The position numbers were made by a program, and so were the translations under genes. From the NCBI GenBank assembly GCA_040954595.2, contig CM082583.2, positions 1,436,925 through 1,500,924 of the forward strand: a stretch of 64,000 nucleotides of DNA. The letters run 5' to 3'. Source of the stretch: Balanoglossus misakiensis. Its lineage: Eukaryota > Animalia > Hemichordata. Each line of letters starts with the position of its first letter. Positions within the stretch are counted from its first letter, which is position 1. Under the pieces are notes generated by a model, which searched no databases, had not been told where the DNA came from, and saw only the letters and a program-made list of their open reading frames with translations. Positions 1 to 14,570 of the stretch are shown piece after piece.

Positions 1-1967
1 ATTGGTTATGTATTGCAAATATGGCAGTGTTTGGCAACTTTTCTATTTTGCATAATCAAAAATGGCCGCCAATCACCACTAAAAGTGAAATTTTGCCATG
101 TTTCCCAAAATGATGCGCAATGTCGTATTTTCAGGATTAGCACATTCATATGGGTACCTTTAACAATACAACTGTGTTGCAAATTTGGCAGTGTTACCGT
201 ACTAATCATGAAGCAAGGAAGTGCAACCTCTGTATCCCAAATATATGTCTATCCCCACTGATAGGAGTCACAAAGAGCCAGCCCCTCTGCATCATCCTGT
301 TCCTCAATCTCACGATGGGAATCCTTTTCAGAATTCCGACCTCAAAACATCCAGGGATTCACCATCATTCACCACACCCTCGTCAGTATCCACCATGTTT
401 AGATCCAATGCCTGAACATGTTGTCTCTTTATCTATGGATTGCGTTAAAGGCCAGTGGGAGTTTCATCTCCTTTTTTTGCAATTTTGACCATTTTTATCT
501 GGTGCATAATGCTAGAGTACATATCATCCATACAGGATGATGCATGTACAGTGATGGGAAATGTATCAATCCACTCCTGCACTAGATTTGCATACAGTGC
601 CATCCCTTTTAGGGCTATTTTCTTGACCCTTTTGATAGTCTGCTGGCCAAAAGTGGCTGGCCAAAGTGGCCAGCAGAGACATTCTTTCAATACCCTTCAT
701 TGTGCCAACAGACAAGGCTTGGATATACAACCTGTGTTGCTTGTAAGGCACACATCTCCAATTGGTACATTGGGCCAATTATACTGTACATGTACAGCTA
801 GGAAAAAATATACTTCATCATAGTTTCCATGGTCAGCAGCTTCAATAACTTGTTGCCTTTTCTTACTGAACATTTAGACTTATAAAGAAGTATAACAAGA
901 ATAAAGTTGTCCAATTAGTGTTGGCAGGGGGTGGGGGATGTGTTCTCCCATACAAAGGTGTATAGGTATGTAGTCTTTAAGAAAAACTTGGGGTAAATGA
1001 CCAGAAAATTTGACTTATAATACAAATAGGTCGGGTTTTGGGCATTTACACGTGTTGATGTTATCGACTGGGGCGACAGACTACCATCCGAAAAAATTTG
1101 AAGTACCCCCCCCCCCCCTCGGGTGCCGGCTAGTGGGATGGAGGTGATAGAAACTGTTGCAGATACAATAGAGGCCTACAACCTGAAAACCTTCTGGCTT
1201 TAACCGAGGACTTGCCATTAAAGATACCTGTAGGCCCCTATATGCTGCTCCCACATACACTCCCAGTCCTAAACCTTGCATCTGATTTGTGGTGCAGATG
1301 AAGAATTAAGATTGGCTTGACAATTAGCACACTTAATTGCCTGTTATGAGATATAATACATACAATCATGGGACAAGAATGGCAACAGTTAAATTATCCA
1401 GCAGGTGTTTGAATTATGCAAATTAGAGCAGTTGTCTAATAGTGCCATGTTAACCATGTTGAAATTGTTTTAGGTACCCATATTAATGGAAACCCTGCAA
1501 ATTCGATATTACACACCATTTAAGACAAATATGGGAAATTAACATGTTAGAGAAATTTGGCGGCCATTTTGGATTATGCAAATTAGAACAGTTGTCTAAT
1601 ATTGCCATGTCAACCATGTTGAAATTGTTTTAGGTACCCAGGAGAGTTGAATGAAAATGCCATTTGCACTGCAGTTGTCTTGTTTTGGGTGCCCATATTA
1701 AGGCATTCTTGAAAACGAAACATTATTCATCATTTTGACGCAAGCAGAAAAGGTGTTCAAATGCAAATTAGAAGAGTTGCCCAACCCTGCCATATTTGCA
1801 ATACAGTTGTAGTGACTGTCAACTCGACTACTGACAGTCTCGATGAACACAAGACATGATCCCAATTTGCAAGCTGAGTTGAAACTGACTGCTGCAGTAA
1901 CTTAGCTGTGGGAATGTCTTGTGTGATTTAAAACAATGATGACCAAATTTAACACAGTTTCTCTGAG

Positions 1968-3212
1968 GTAACCATTTAGCTTTCGTGACTAAGTTTGTTT
2001 AAGAATCCTTTATTCTACCCAAGGAACAAATTTCCTTAGAATTTCACAACTGAGACACAGTTTACAGATATACAAAAAGTGCGTACTACAAACATAAGAA
2101 ATTGTTTGCATTTTTTTTTCTGATGGCAATGCATTTGACTGTAAACAGACATTGACGTCCTTTAGTAAGGGACTGTTCAGTTTTGGTGGAGGGGGGGGGC
2201 AAAAGTTTGTGTCATTGGTTTTCAAAATCAGGCCGACACCCCCTTCAACCAGGACCAAAAAAATGATGACCCCCCCCCTTTGACAGGATCAAAATATGAT
2301 GACCCTCCTCCCACCCCGAAAACATTCGCCATCCTTATCTTATGTACACTGACTGTATGCAATAAAGGTAAAGGGTCTCCTCACACCTCAATTCTAAATT
2401 TCTTAAAGAAATTTATAATTTGAAGTGTATAATAGTATAGCGTTGCAATAAAGAAGGTCTATGGATAAATTAAAAGGACACGTCAATACAATAGTTGGTA
2501 GAATTGGTAAAACAAGAAAAGTGGAAGGGGTGGGTGTACGTAGGACAATTTTGTAAAATACAATTAATGCATTTTAATGAACTCAAAGGCAAATTAACTT
2601 AATGTTGGGGAGGACAAATTTGACTTTTGCCACTCAAAGTTAACATCAGTGGGGGTGGGATGGCAAGTATTCTGCCCTGGTACACTATATGTGGCGAAGA
2701 AATAAGGGGATGGGTGTGGGAGGGGATGTCCCCCTTCCACATAAGAAAACTTTGTAAAATATGTAGCTCAAAGTTGCATTTTAATGAAGTCAAAAGCAAA
2801 TTATCTCAATGTTTGAAAGGACCAATTTTACTGTTGCCACTCCACTCAAAGTTAGCATCGGTGGGTACATGTATATGACCTCCCCCCTAAACGTTTGAAA
2901 AAAAGATGACTCCCTCTTTTGGATTTCAAAATTTAAGTGACCCCCTGGATTTTGCCAGCCTCCCCCCACCGTAAAAACTGAATGGTCCCTAAGCGCTATT
3001 TTGTCAGTGAAATGGCTCCATTATTATCCCTCCAACCATAGTTGAAACGGAGTTAAATATGTACAGCTTGAAATCATAAAATGTTGCAAAATTGAACCAA
3101 GAGTTTGGTCAATGATCAAGTTCTTACAGCTATTACTAGAACCATACAGTCTCAGCGAACAAGAGACATTGGTCCGATTTGCAAGCCGAGTTGGAACTGA
3201 CTTTGCCTGCAC
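1968..3212 (+). repeat. Interspersed repeat (about 430 bp) split by the Harbinger MITE
   Basis: 1968-2165 joined to 2993-3212 is the diverged reverse complement of 10495-10925. Confidence 0.75.
2169..2989. mobile_element. PIF/Harbinger (Tourist-like) MITE nested in an older repeat
   Basis: TIRs GGGACTGTTCAGTTTT / AAAACTGAATGGTCCC; TAA on both sides (2166-2168, 2990-2992). The uninterrupted host repeat occurs inverted at about 10495-10925. Confidence 0.8.
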
Positions 3213-6200
3213 ACAGATGTGCCAATTTCAGCGAATCTTATCGTATTTAAAAATGAATATGGAGAATTGTTATCTGTGTTCCTATTGCTAGCCTACATAC
3301 ATGTAGCTGTTGTCATTCTAGTGTTTTTTTTCTGTATACCAAAATTGCCACACTGTTTGGGATACTTTTATCAAATGTTATGTGATACTATATCAGCCTG
3401 TTTTGGGGATCTTGACAATGACATATATTAGACTTTTCATACACAGCATGAGGTAGAATTTCAGAAAAAGATTAGGTAATAAGACTGCATATCTCATAGG
3501 AAATAATCACTTTAGAAGTATTACGATAAAAAAAAATCATTTCACTCTTATTGGGAGCATACATTTGTAAAACATACATACAGACATGAATACAGACATA
3601 GAGAGATCAAGGTGTATACGATTTTCAGTGGGGGAGGGGGTCCTCCTTAATTGCAAACAACTATGTAATGGTAATTTCCCTTTTATAATAACAATTTTTG
3701 AGGTATAAGGAAAAAATATCAAACAAAATAAACAAAAAAACTAATTCAGCTATGATTTGATTCAATTATCATTCTAAAGAAGCACATATCATTAACTCAC
3801 AACTAAACTTTTAAAGTGATCAACCATGCACTTTCTGAGAATTTTTTTTATGCCCCCAAAATACAATTTTTTCATTTTCAGAACATTTATGATAAAAATC
3901 CCCAAACAAAAATGGCAAAAATTGTCCACAAAAACTATATTGACACTTCCATCATAGGATTTGTTAAAATGTCCTGATAACACACCTAGGAACCTGCAAA
4001 CCAAATTTCAAAGAACTGTGAGTAGAGGTTTTTGAGTATTTGACCTAAATCACCCCAAAAATATACTTCAAACCAGATATTAACTGAATATGCTCACGTG
4101 CAGTACTGTGATTGGTTGACAGAATAACAAGATTAGAAAAACCAGTGTTAAACCAATTTGGTTTATAGTGTATATGGTGTAAGGGTTGTGTGTTGCACCA
4201 TTGTGAAATGTAAACATGTTTGTGGAATTGTTGCCTTGTCAATTTTTGTAAGGGGTTATGAGTCATGTACCCCATCCTGAACTGCATAAAAAGATAAGTC
4301 TATGGAATTCTAAAACTCGTTGATCAAAAATGGCAAGAAATATACCAAAAAGTATGAATATTTCACCAGATTTCAACAAATCTGATTTCTGTTCATGCCT
4401 AAGAACCTCTTTAACAAGTTTCAATAAGGAAGACATTTTGGCAAACAACAGGTAATTCAGACAAATCTGACTGATATCACATATATGAATTCCCATTCAA
4501 AGTTTCCAATCAATTGGACTTGTGGTTTTACTGAAGACTATTTGGCCAAACCCTGCAGAATTCCCAAAAAATACAATTATGCAAATGTCTTTACAATTTG
4601 ATCATATCTGACTGAGATCACCCCTAGAAACCCAAATACAAAGTATCAAAACAATTGCACTTACAGTTTCACGGGATTTGATTTTTTGACAAAAACAGGA
4701 AATATTGCCCAAAAATGCATTTTTGCAAATTTCACCACCGTTTGCACAAATGTGATTCAGGTAAGCCCTATGAACCTCCATACCAAGTTTCCAATCAATT
4801 GGACATGTAATTTCAGAGAAGAATTTTTTTTAACAAAACTGCAGAAAATTCCCCCAACAATTCATAAAAAATAGCAAACGCCAGATACTGACTCCACCTG
4901 AACAAAATCATACGAGGTCTTCCCATAGTACTTGCACACCAATGCACGCCAATTTTTAACTGAATCTGATCCGCTGTTATTAAGTTTTTCAATTTTGACT
5001 ATTTGAACATTTTTCCAGTTAATACCAGTATGCATTTTTTCGCAATAACAATTTCTATGTACACACTAAATATCAGTAGTTTCAAGTTTTTGATGTTGAT
5101 GGACATGCACATACATACATCAATACATTTAGACGAAACTGATCCATTCGCAAAATACATAATTCTGTATGAGGCACACATACAGACATACATAGACGAC
5201 GGACACCAACTTATGCTATAAGCTGACATTGATATACATGTTAGCCAAAAACCAAAATCAACCTCAAAATAGACATTAAAATATATTGCACCACCATGAG
5301 AAGACAAATTCATTTTTCGACAAATTTTCTGGGGCGTCATTGATATAGCATGGCATATTGTCAAAGTACGTAGTCTCTGTGATAAGATTCCATACACACA
5401 AAATGGTAACCTTGGAAGTCCAGCTGACGTAGTTATGCAATGGCGTCTCGTGTATTCCGTCGCCAAAAAATCATCGTAAAATTGATAGTCGGGGTCACAA
5501 TTCAAGACGACTTTCTCTAAATTCTTTATGAATGGATTAAATCGAAATCGAAATGTTGACGTATGACGTACGGAATGAGATCTGAACAGACATTCAATGT
5601 TATCATTCTCGCTCGATCACATATTGGGTAAGCCATCTAGCAATCGCTATATAGTATTGGCGATAACAGACTGTCTATAAACTCACAAAACGGATTTTAC
5701 TGTTGAGTGTGATCAACCGCCACGTTATTTTTCTCTGAACAATAGACAAATAGAAAGCCTGGTGACATTTTGAGATTGACTGCGTGAGGACCACAATATG
5801 CGTGAGTCATTTACGGTTTGTCTTGATGAATGGGTCACGTCATAGTCATAACGCGGATTCGGCTGCACGCCAACTATCCGCCATATTGTCTCCACTAACT
5901 TACTCGTAAGTAGTTTCAAACTTCATTTGAAAAGAGTATTCGTCTGACGGTCCTGTAGATTAACAATTTACGCTCTATGAAGCAACTAAACAACGTTAGC
6001 TTCCTTGTGGATTCACGTAGGGAAGTTATTCGTAACGACGGGTACAGCGTCTGAGCATGGACAGAACCACGGCAATATCGCCAGGAATGTCTCATTTCAC
6101 AGCGCCCTCAAACAGTCGATCTCCTCAAACTATCGTTTCCACTGGTCATATATGCGGCATTAACGAAAGCTCACATAGACAACCATGTAATAGAAAAATT

Positions 6201-6219
6201 AAAACTTAAATAACTTCAT

Positions 6220-6423
6220 TAATATCAAAGCCACACCCACCAAAACCTTTTCAGTTCTTGCCATATGATATCTGAACCTGTGTACTAAATTTGGTTGAAA
6301 TCGGTTCAGCGGTTCTTGAGATATCGGGTATACAGACAGACACACACACATACATACATACACACACACACACACAGACATCGCTAAACCATAAGCTCAC
6401 GTGATTTTCACGTGAGCTAAAAA
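6220..6423 (+). mobile_element. 3' end of a HINE/DINE-1-like non-autonomous Helentron
   Basis: AAATTTGGTTGAAATCGG core, (CAGA/CATA/CA)n microsatellite, terminal hairpin AGCTCACGTGA-ttt-TCACGTGAGCT (6394-6418), then an A run. Similar ends at about 5170-5250 and 9890-9965. Confidence 0.65.
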
Positions 6424-6589
6424 TGAAAAAAAATCCATGAGGTCTCAAAATGAATACACACCAATTTCTAAAGCAATTTGACCAGTTTCCACCAATTTCA
6501 CATTGGTCCCAGTGGTAGATAGACATATACGAAATGGGAACCAAAGAATAAAACACATTTCAAAGATTTACACATCTTTTTCCTCAAGA

Positions 6590-6885
6590 GTGTTTTTCAA
6601 ATCTTCTCCACATCCTTCAAAATCGCCACCATAAAGCCATATTACTTGTAGTGCTTATGTTTGTCATATCTAGGTGATGCATACCACTATAGATGTGTAC
6701 CCTTTGTATAGAGGCAGATTAAACAGGTGTGGTACCTGTTAAATATCTGACTTCTTTAAATTACAGCCACAATCGTCTGTCAACAAGATGTTCATGTAGA
6801 TGTATACCTAGCAGTAAGCTTATTTAGATTGACAAATCCTAGATGAAAATAATGAAAAAGTGGCACAACCCTTAGGGCTTTAACT
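6590..6885 (+). repeat. DNA-transposon end fragment, also present at about 12985-13280
   Basis: Two diverged direct copies (AAGCCATATTACTTG ... AGTAAGCTTATTT ... AAAAAGTGGCA), both ending GGCTTTAA; Kolobok-like terminus is an inference. Confidence 0.5.
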
Positions 6886-7175
6886 AGCAGCTTTATGCCA
6901 GATGAGTTCGAGTCTAACGATGTAATGTTGACATTAAGGTTTCATTGAAATAACTTGGGAACCTCTCTACTATTTGAAGCACCAAAGCTGTGAAAAACTT
7001 CCTTCTTTCCCTGAGTTTTTTATGAATATGTTCTAATCTGGGACAAAAATTTGTTGCCAAGTGTCTTGACCCCTTTACCAAATGTCAGGGACCGGATTTT
7101 TTTCAGCAAAATTTCAAATAACCTTGGCTGATTTTTTACCTACTTTCACATATTGGGTAGCATGAAACAAAGTAT

Positions 7176-8367
7176 GGCTTCCAGAAGGGTTATAGATACA
7201 GTGTTTTGTAATAACAAGAATTAACATGAAACTATAATTTCATGGTTAATTTAGGACCGCCTTAATCTATGGTAACGTCATTAAATATTTGCATATCTAA
7301 TTGTAGGCTATCCAGTGGAGGGAAAAACCTAAACATGGACAACATTGGGGTCAAAATTGTTTGACAGAACTTTGGGTGACTAAACCTTGACCAACATTAC
7401 TATATCTTGGCATCCAGAGCAGATGCAACCTTGACACTTGGAGTGATGGAAATGCATAATGGAGTATTATGTCTCAGCTAGTCACAGTGCTTTTGCTGTG
7501 TTTTATGTCTTTTATTCAGCCAAATTAGATGTTTTTTATTACACATTGGCTGTGTTTGCCAGTACTTTTTAGCTGGTCACACTGCCTTAAGACAATGTAT
7601 TCTCAAAATACCATGTAATCATTATGAAGCATATACAGCAGACAAAGTTATGGTATGACTGAACTTGCCCTTCTTTGTGACTAAAGCATGACCGGCCTGT
7701 CTTAGGTGGCCCCTACCTAGGGGCTTTACCCGTCATTGGCTCACAGTCTGAGAAATCAGCTCTGCAGGGAAGTTAACGATGTAACCCACCATTAAAGCTT
7801 GGATTTATGCTTTTTGTATCTGATGCCTGGCTGAGGCCTTCTTAGGATCTACCCAACGCTGAGTAGGCTATCCCGTCATTGGCACACAGTCTCAGGGAGG
7901 GAGTCAAAAGTTCAGTATACCAGCAAAGCCTTTATATTGTCCATTCTTTTTAAGAGAAGGCTGGCTGCTGTAGAAAAATGTTGATCTCAAATGTATCATG
8001 TCCAAAAAAAGGCAGACTTCCAGCCCTATTGGTTAGGCTGGCATTAGGTACGTACATAATTAATGAGGCAAGACATAATATTCCATTACATAGTTCCATA
8101 ACTCCAAGTGTCAAGGATGTATCTGTGCCGGATGCCAAGATATAGGAATGTAGGTCAAAGTTTACCCAAGATCACCCAAAAGTTTGTCAAAAGATTTTGA
8201 CCCCAGAGTTGTCCATGTCCAGGTTACCACATCCACTAGAATAAGATATGCACATATTTAATGAGGTTACCATAGCTCAAGGGGGTCTTTAATTAACCAT
8301 CAACATTTAGTTTCATATTAATGCATGTTAATATAATACACTGTATCTATAACCCTACTGGTAAGCC
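7176..8367. repeat. Diverged inverted repeat with arms of about 300 bp
   Basis: 7176-7478 is the reverse complement of 8067-8367 (AGGGTTATAGATACAGTG / CACTGTATCTATAACCCT; CCTTGACACTTGGAGT / ACTCCAAGTGTCAAGG). Confidence 0.7.
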
Positions 8368-10494
8368 TAGAATTAGGTACATGCGAAAGTTTTTGACAAG
8401 ATAGATAAGTTGTAAAATATGTACATGAACCTGACAATTGACTTAAAATAACATAAGGCAGACTTGATACTTATCGGAGATAGATACTAATAACAACAGT
8501 GATGTTAATTACACCGGGAATGTTTGTCTTATTATAGCTACATGTAAAAGACTGCTTGAGGTAATGTAATTAAAGTGACCACTTGCGATTCACCTTCAAA
8601 GTGCTATGCAAGTCTACGGTACATTGTTTTTCCAATGATTGGACAAAGGATATTCATAATGTGTAATTAAGGCTGGATAGCATTTTCAATGTAATAAGCC
8701 CTGCCTTCACTATAATCTTACGCCAAATCAACATTGTTCAGTTTATGTTAATAATTTCACTAAGGGACACTTGTTACATCAAATTTCCCAGCAAGGGGTG
8801 TCAGATTATTGGGCAAGTGGCATGCATGACACTAGCGATACTTTTGGAAGCAAAGCGGACAGAACACGGCTGGATATAGACTAGGTAATGCTGAATGTGA
8901 CCATGAACTGTACCACAGACTCTGTATTGTATGTTTCTGAAGAATCCCATTTAACCCAGACATCAACATACTTCAACCTTGTAAGAAGTAGAACATACAT
9001 GATTTACTAGTAAATATTTGCTAGGTTATTACACACTTTGGATTACACAAAAATAGGTGTGTACACCGCTGTGACATTGCCAAGCAGATATGATCTACCA
9101 GGTAACCTAATACAATTTCACAGGAATCGGAGTATTTTCAGTGAAAACAACATTTCTTCAACAATGACAAAAACTGCCTCAACCACAAAAATTCAGATAT
9201 CAACAAATCCAACAATATCTCACTTCAATCACCACAAGGAACATGCCTACCAAAATTGAAAGCAATTTGACATGCGGTTTCAAAGAATACAAATTGCAAA
9301 AATTGCCTCAAGACCACAAATATGCAAATTTCACCAAAATGATATACAACATTACTTGGGTTACCTCATAGAACAAGCAAACCAAAATTTAAATGCAACC
9401 TGACCTGACATGGAGTTTCAGAGAAAATGATTTTTGACCAAAAATGACAAAATTATATTTCCCAAAAATTACAAATTTTGCCACAATTTAAACAATACTA
9501 ACTAAGATTACCTATAGGAAATAGCATACTAAATTCTAGATACAATTCACGATATTAGCTGAAAGTATATCAGGCGTGACATAAGCTACATGCATACAAA
9601 TGTTCAAAGCAATCTGACCAGTTGTTGAGTTTCTGAGTTTTGATCAATTTCACATTGCTCCAGGTAATTAGCATATTTCATTTGAACAGGCGTGCCTGCA
9701 TCTAAAAACCCAATATCAAGACTTACCACACAGACTCTGTATTGTATGTTTCTGGAGTAATCAAATAAAACCAATCATGAAAATACTTCAACCTTCTTTA
9801 TATGAACAAAATCCTATTTACAGGCTGGCCTGCATCTACACACCAAATATCAAGGGGATACGCGAAGGGGTTTTCAAGTTTTTGATGTGGACAGACATAC
9901 ATACATCCATACATACTACATACACACATACAGAGGCAACTGACTGGTCAGAAGGCATGAGCAAAAATGCAGGAAATCAATGTTGTGACACTGGTAGTAG
10001 GCCTTAATGTATACAATATCAAGACAGTTTATTTAACATGAAGTTTGATATGTTCATAATCATTCAGAGCTAAGCATATTTTGAAATTGTAAAATTAATA
10101 TCAATCACATGAAAACTGACAGCATGCTTTCATTTGGGAATTTAGGTATTGTAATTAACACTAACAGTCATGAAACTATTGAATCGTCAATAAAATCATA
10201 CAGTAGAAATTAATGGGTTTTCTATTTATATGCGATGTGAAAATGCAACTTGTGGTCCTTCGGCCAGTAAGAGGCATCAGATAATATTGTAAGACCCAGT
10301 TGCCCAATTGATTAGACCTACATGTATGCGCTGTGTGAAGCGCAAGTTATGGCAACTGAATTCACAGGACACTGAAGAAAGTGGAATCACTCAAGGTACA
10401 TATGTATACATGTAGGCTAACAATCACAACACAGAGAATAGTTCTCCATATTCATTTTTAATACGATAAGATTCACTGAATTGGCGCATCCATG

Positions 10495-10925
10495 GGCAGG
10501 CAAGGTTAGTTCCAACTCAGTTTGCAAATCAGGCCCATGTATCTTGTTCCCTGAGACTGTCTGCTTCTAATAATAGCTGTAAGAACATAATCGTTGACCG
10601 AATGGTTGGTTCAATTTTGCAACATTTTATGATTTCAAGCTGTGCAATATTTGCAACTCAGTTTCAACTTTGGTTGGAGGGATGATGATGAAGCAATTTC
10701 ACTGACAAAATAGCACTACTAACTGACGTCAATATTTGTTCAAAGTTAAATGCATTGCCATCAGAAAAATGTATACGAAAAGTTTCGTATGTGAATAATA
10801 ACACTTTTTCGCATAACTGCAAACCCTGTCACAGTTGTGAAATTCTAAGAAAATTCATTCATTAGGTAGAATTCGTGCTTTATGAATTCTTAAACAAACT
10901 TAGTCATGAAACCTAAATGGTTACC
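10495..10925 (-). repeat. Uninterrupted copy of the repeat at 1968-3212
   Basis: Reverse-complement similarity runs across the empty Harbinger insertion site. Confidence 0.75.
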
Positions 10926-11639
10926 TTACACATGTGGAGGCTCGACTTCTGTGATATGATAGTCTTTAATTAATGTGTATGTGATTCCATACAAATCCAT
11001 ATGATTACCTGAACATACAAAATAAATTAAAAATAAATACACAAATTAAAAATAAATAAGTATCTCATACATATGCATAAGTGCTTGTGAGAAATATATC
11101 ATATATCTAAATAAACCTGTCATTTATTGACCTCATTTTCCCAGTAAACCAAAGGACTAAATTGCACTTTAATATTACAGCTTCATTTCAATGCAACAGG
11201 TACACTACATCATAAGGGAACAAATATGCCAGCTCAACATTTATATAAACAGTGTCAAAATATAAGTGGCTACAAAAGCTTGTGTCCCTTCAATCCATTC
11301 TCCCACTCAGGTCAAACGTGTTACATATTAAAATTGCAATGTGCATAATATACAATTAGTCTTTTGTAAATTCAGACTGAGAAAATATGACTGATAAACA
11401 TTATCTGGCACATGTTGGTGAATGGCTGGCGTTGATGTTGTGGGTTGAAATCCGAACTATGATTATCGCGGGTACAAATCACATTTATTTTCTCAGAGAC
11501 AACACGTTTGCAACTTCGGGACAGAAAGGTGAAAACGAACGTCATTAGTTCTTGGGAAAAAACTCTGAAATCAATTTCGGTGAGGTCAAATGTGTTCCAA
11601 AGGCAAACCGTTTCTGGTAAACAAATCAATGGCAAATAA

Positions 11640-11860
11640 TTACTTCGGCGACTTACCAATCAATCAACATGGCTGCCAAATCGTTGGATATCCCGGTTTC
11701 ATCTCGCGATCATTCTATCTTCCGATATGGCGTTGCTTGGTTAAATTCGTCTCTTCTTTGCCGACATAGTCGGGCGACAGCGGTCCAGAAGCATATACAG
11801 CTACGCCATCTTGTTTACAATGTGAAGTATCAACTGCGCATGCTCAATGGTTGTTGATTG
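11640..11860 (-). promoter_or_regulatory. CpG-rich promoter-like region with a probable non-coding first exon on the minus strand
   Basis: Local CpG enrichment, YY1-like CAAGATGGCG (minus, about 11803-11812), NRF1-like TGCGCATGCTCA (about 11835) and a minus-strand GTAAGT donor at 11656. Confidence 0.35.
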
Positions 11861-12369
11861 GAAAGTGGGCAGAGCCTGCAAGATCCAGGGTTCGCTTGAC
11901 CGGCCAAACGCGGTTATTCTCCCTGGACCAAATCATTTAAGCGTCAGGCGTAATACATCACATAATTGACTGGAAAACTAAACAGTCTTCCACCTATATA
12001 TCAACACAGTTTATTAAACCAGCACCCGCGCAAATATTCACAAGTATATGATTAAAATTGATGAAATCATTAATCGCACGGTTACAGCTGTCATAGTTTC
12101 TAATAATATTATTCACTGGTAGCGCTGACATACCATGTTGAAACTTGTCGCGGAAAACAAGATAATTGATCTTGCGGTGTCATTTGTTTTTAAAAAGTGC
12201 TTAATAACTATTGATCCCATTGATATATTTATATATTTTTCGCAAATTTTGACTGCTTTGGCTACTAATAGCATGGTGATCACAATGGATTTACCACCTC
12301 CCAGCTGCGTTATAAAAGAATGCCTATTCTGTGGACACTAGCCTCATCGAAGACCGAACGTGTTCATCG

Positions 12370-14570
12370 ATGTTTCCATTCATGACGAACTCCAATGCAG
12401 GCGTCGCAGTCATTCTGGCTTTCACGCTGTGGGCACCTCTGGTGACAGCAATTCCCAACAAGTTGCGGGTAAGTAATCACACAACCTATATGAGTGAAAA
12501 TTTCTTGTCATTTTCGCAACGTCAAGGTTGATATTCTCTTCTTGGATCGAAAATGTGTGACACAACAAATGAATCTGCGTGGCAGGGTCGGCTGTGTCTT
12601 TTGCTTCGAGGCATAGTCGTCAGACACACATCCCTAACACGCGAAGCCAGCTTATCCTTTGATCAAATGGCAGCGCTATTCTAAATATTTTACAGCATGC
12701 CCTAAAGGACAAACACGTGCCGCTGGAAGAGGCCAACACTCAGCAGAGACGGCAAGATGTTAACGGAGGTGAGCCCCAACAATAAATTAATATTGTTCCT
12801 TTTATTTAGAAAACGCCGCATAATTAGCCAACCAATCATGGTTATGAGAAACCTCCAAAATACAATGTATCGATATTTACTGCATCTGTTCATACTTCGC
12901 CCGCGCTTTAAAAACCCTATAGCTGTTAAAATTGGCATATTTTTTTCCAGAGTAAAATACTTCATATGTATATTCCCTATTCCCTAAAATCTTCACCCGT
13001 GACCAGTAAGCCATATTACTTGCATTTGCATTGGTTTGTCATCACTTGGCGTTGCATTTCACGATAGCTGCTTAGCTGCTATTGTTTGTATGAAGGCTGA
13101 TTAAATCGGTGAGGCACCGTTTTAATACATAGCATGTTCCAATTGCAACATGCAGTCACAATCGGGCATCGATAAGATGTTTATGTATACCTATCAGTAA
13201 GCTTATTTTGATGAACCAATTTAAGTTGGAAAATAAAATCATGAAAATAATGCAAAAAGTGGCAGCTTTGGAGGCTTTAAACTACAGTTCTCCCAAATTG
13301 TCTTGACTAAATGACATACATGTGGTCAAAAGTTCTGACTGCAGAAGAGGTTGCAGCTGTGGCGGGGGACTGTTCAATTGGAGGAAATATATTTACATGG
13401 AATACAGACAATATTGAAATGGCAGCAGAAATAGTTCCTACTGAAAAGAATGCTATCTGCAGTGAGTATCACGACTTTAAAATGAAAGATTTTGCAAATT
13501 TAAAAAAAATATTGAGTGTTTTGACATGCGTCAGTGGTCAGTAACACACAAGCTGCATGATAAGAGGGTCACGAGAAATTGTAAGCCGCAATATATAATG
13601 GATTAACTCCATGACCTATGCGACCTACGAACTGTGACGTACAGAATTTATTTCTACGTGTAATGCGGTCTGCGGCAGTGAGCCACAGACCGCATTGCGA
13701 GACCAGTGAGAATTCACCACAATGCAAACTTTCTGAACGTAGGTTGATCTTCAAATGAAATATTACCTTGTCACCAGTTTTCCACATGGCTACACTGTAA
13801 AATCGGGTGACGTGTTCGTTCACAAGTGGAATAATTGTGAGTAGTAAAGCACGCGAAGTTAAGCAACGAGCACGTTTTGAAATGCGCGCAGATGATCCCA
13901 GTTTAGCAAATTCAGGCCATTGCGTGCATGCAAAAAAAATAATACTGTACCGGGGGTGAGCCTACTTTCTTTCCATACAGATACACGTATATGTTGGTTA
14001 AGGTATGTGACAAACAGTTTTCATGTAACAGCCAGTGATGCTGACCATAAAACCAGCGCAGCTGATGCTTTCATCTACAATTTGCAACATGGACGTTTGT
14101 GTCTCTGCATGTGTCGTGCATGTTACTGCTGAACAAAAAAGATATGCGGGCACCACAGGCTGGCGAAAGCGGTGCTCACGTGCTCTGCAAGCTGATGTTG
14201 TCACTAAATTGGCAAAGTATTGTACACATGGAGGAGTTTCTTGAGCTGTCTGTTGTATAAATGTCGGTTGTGAGTACATTATTTTTTATTTTTTTTTAAT
14301 AATTTTCAAAGCCCCTATGATTGAAGCATATTATTACGACTCATCCGTTCATCATTCATTCATTCATTCATTCATTCATTCATTCATTCATTCATTCATT
14401 CATTCATTCATTCATTCATTCATTCATTCATCCATTCAGTCAGTCACTGTACCAATTGAAGACGCCCTTGTATAGGAGAATTTAGCTATGTACTGACTGT
14501 CTTTTCATTTTTTCTTCATCCTATAGAATCTACCGACCTGGTCGCTGTCAATAACAATTCAACTCCTTAA
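12370..14570 (+). pseudogene. Secreted pentraxin-like gene with most of the domain missing; exons 12370-12468, about 13318-13461, 14527-14570
   Basis: Signal-peptide exon MFPFMTNSNAGVAVILAFTLWAPLVTAIPNKLR|gtaagt; pentraxin C-terminal motif MWSKVLTAEEVAAVAGDCSIGGNIFTW ending in a phase-1 gtgagt donor; phase-compatible last exon (K)STDLVAVNNNSTP*. Confidence 0.55.
14352..14432. repeat. (TCAT)n microsatellite
   Basis: Direct read. Confidence 0.95.

Noticed and set aside
4999-5505. 168-aa minus-strand ORF
   Set aside because: Runs through a HINE end with microsatellite; no recognisable domain or splice structure.
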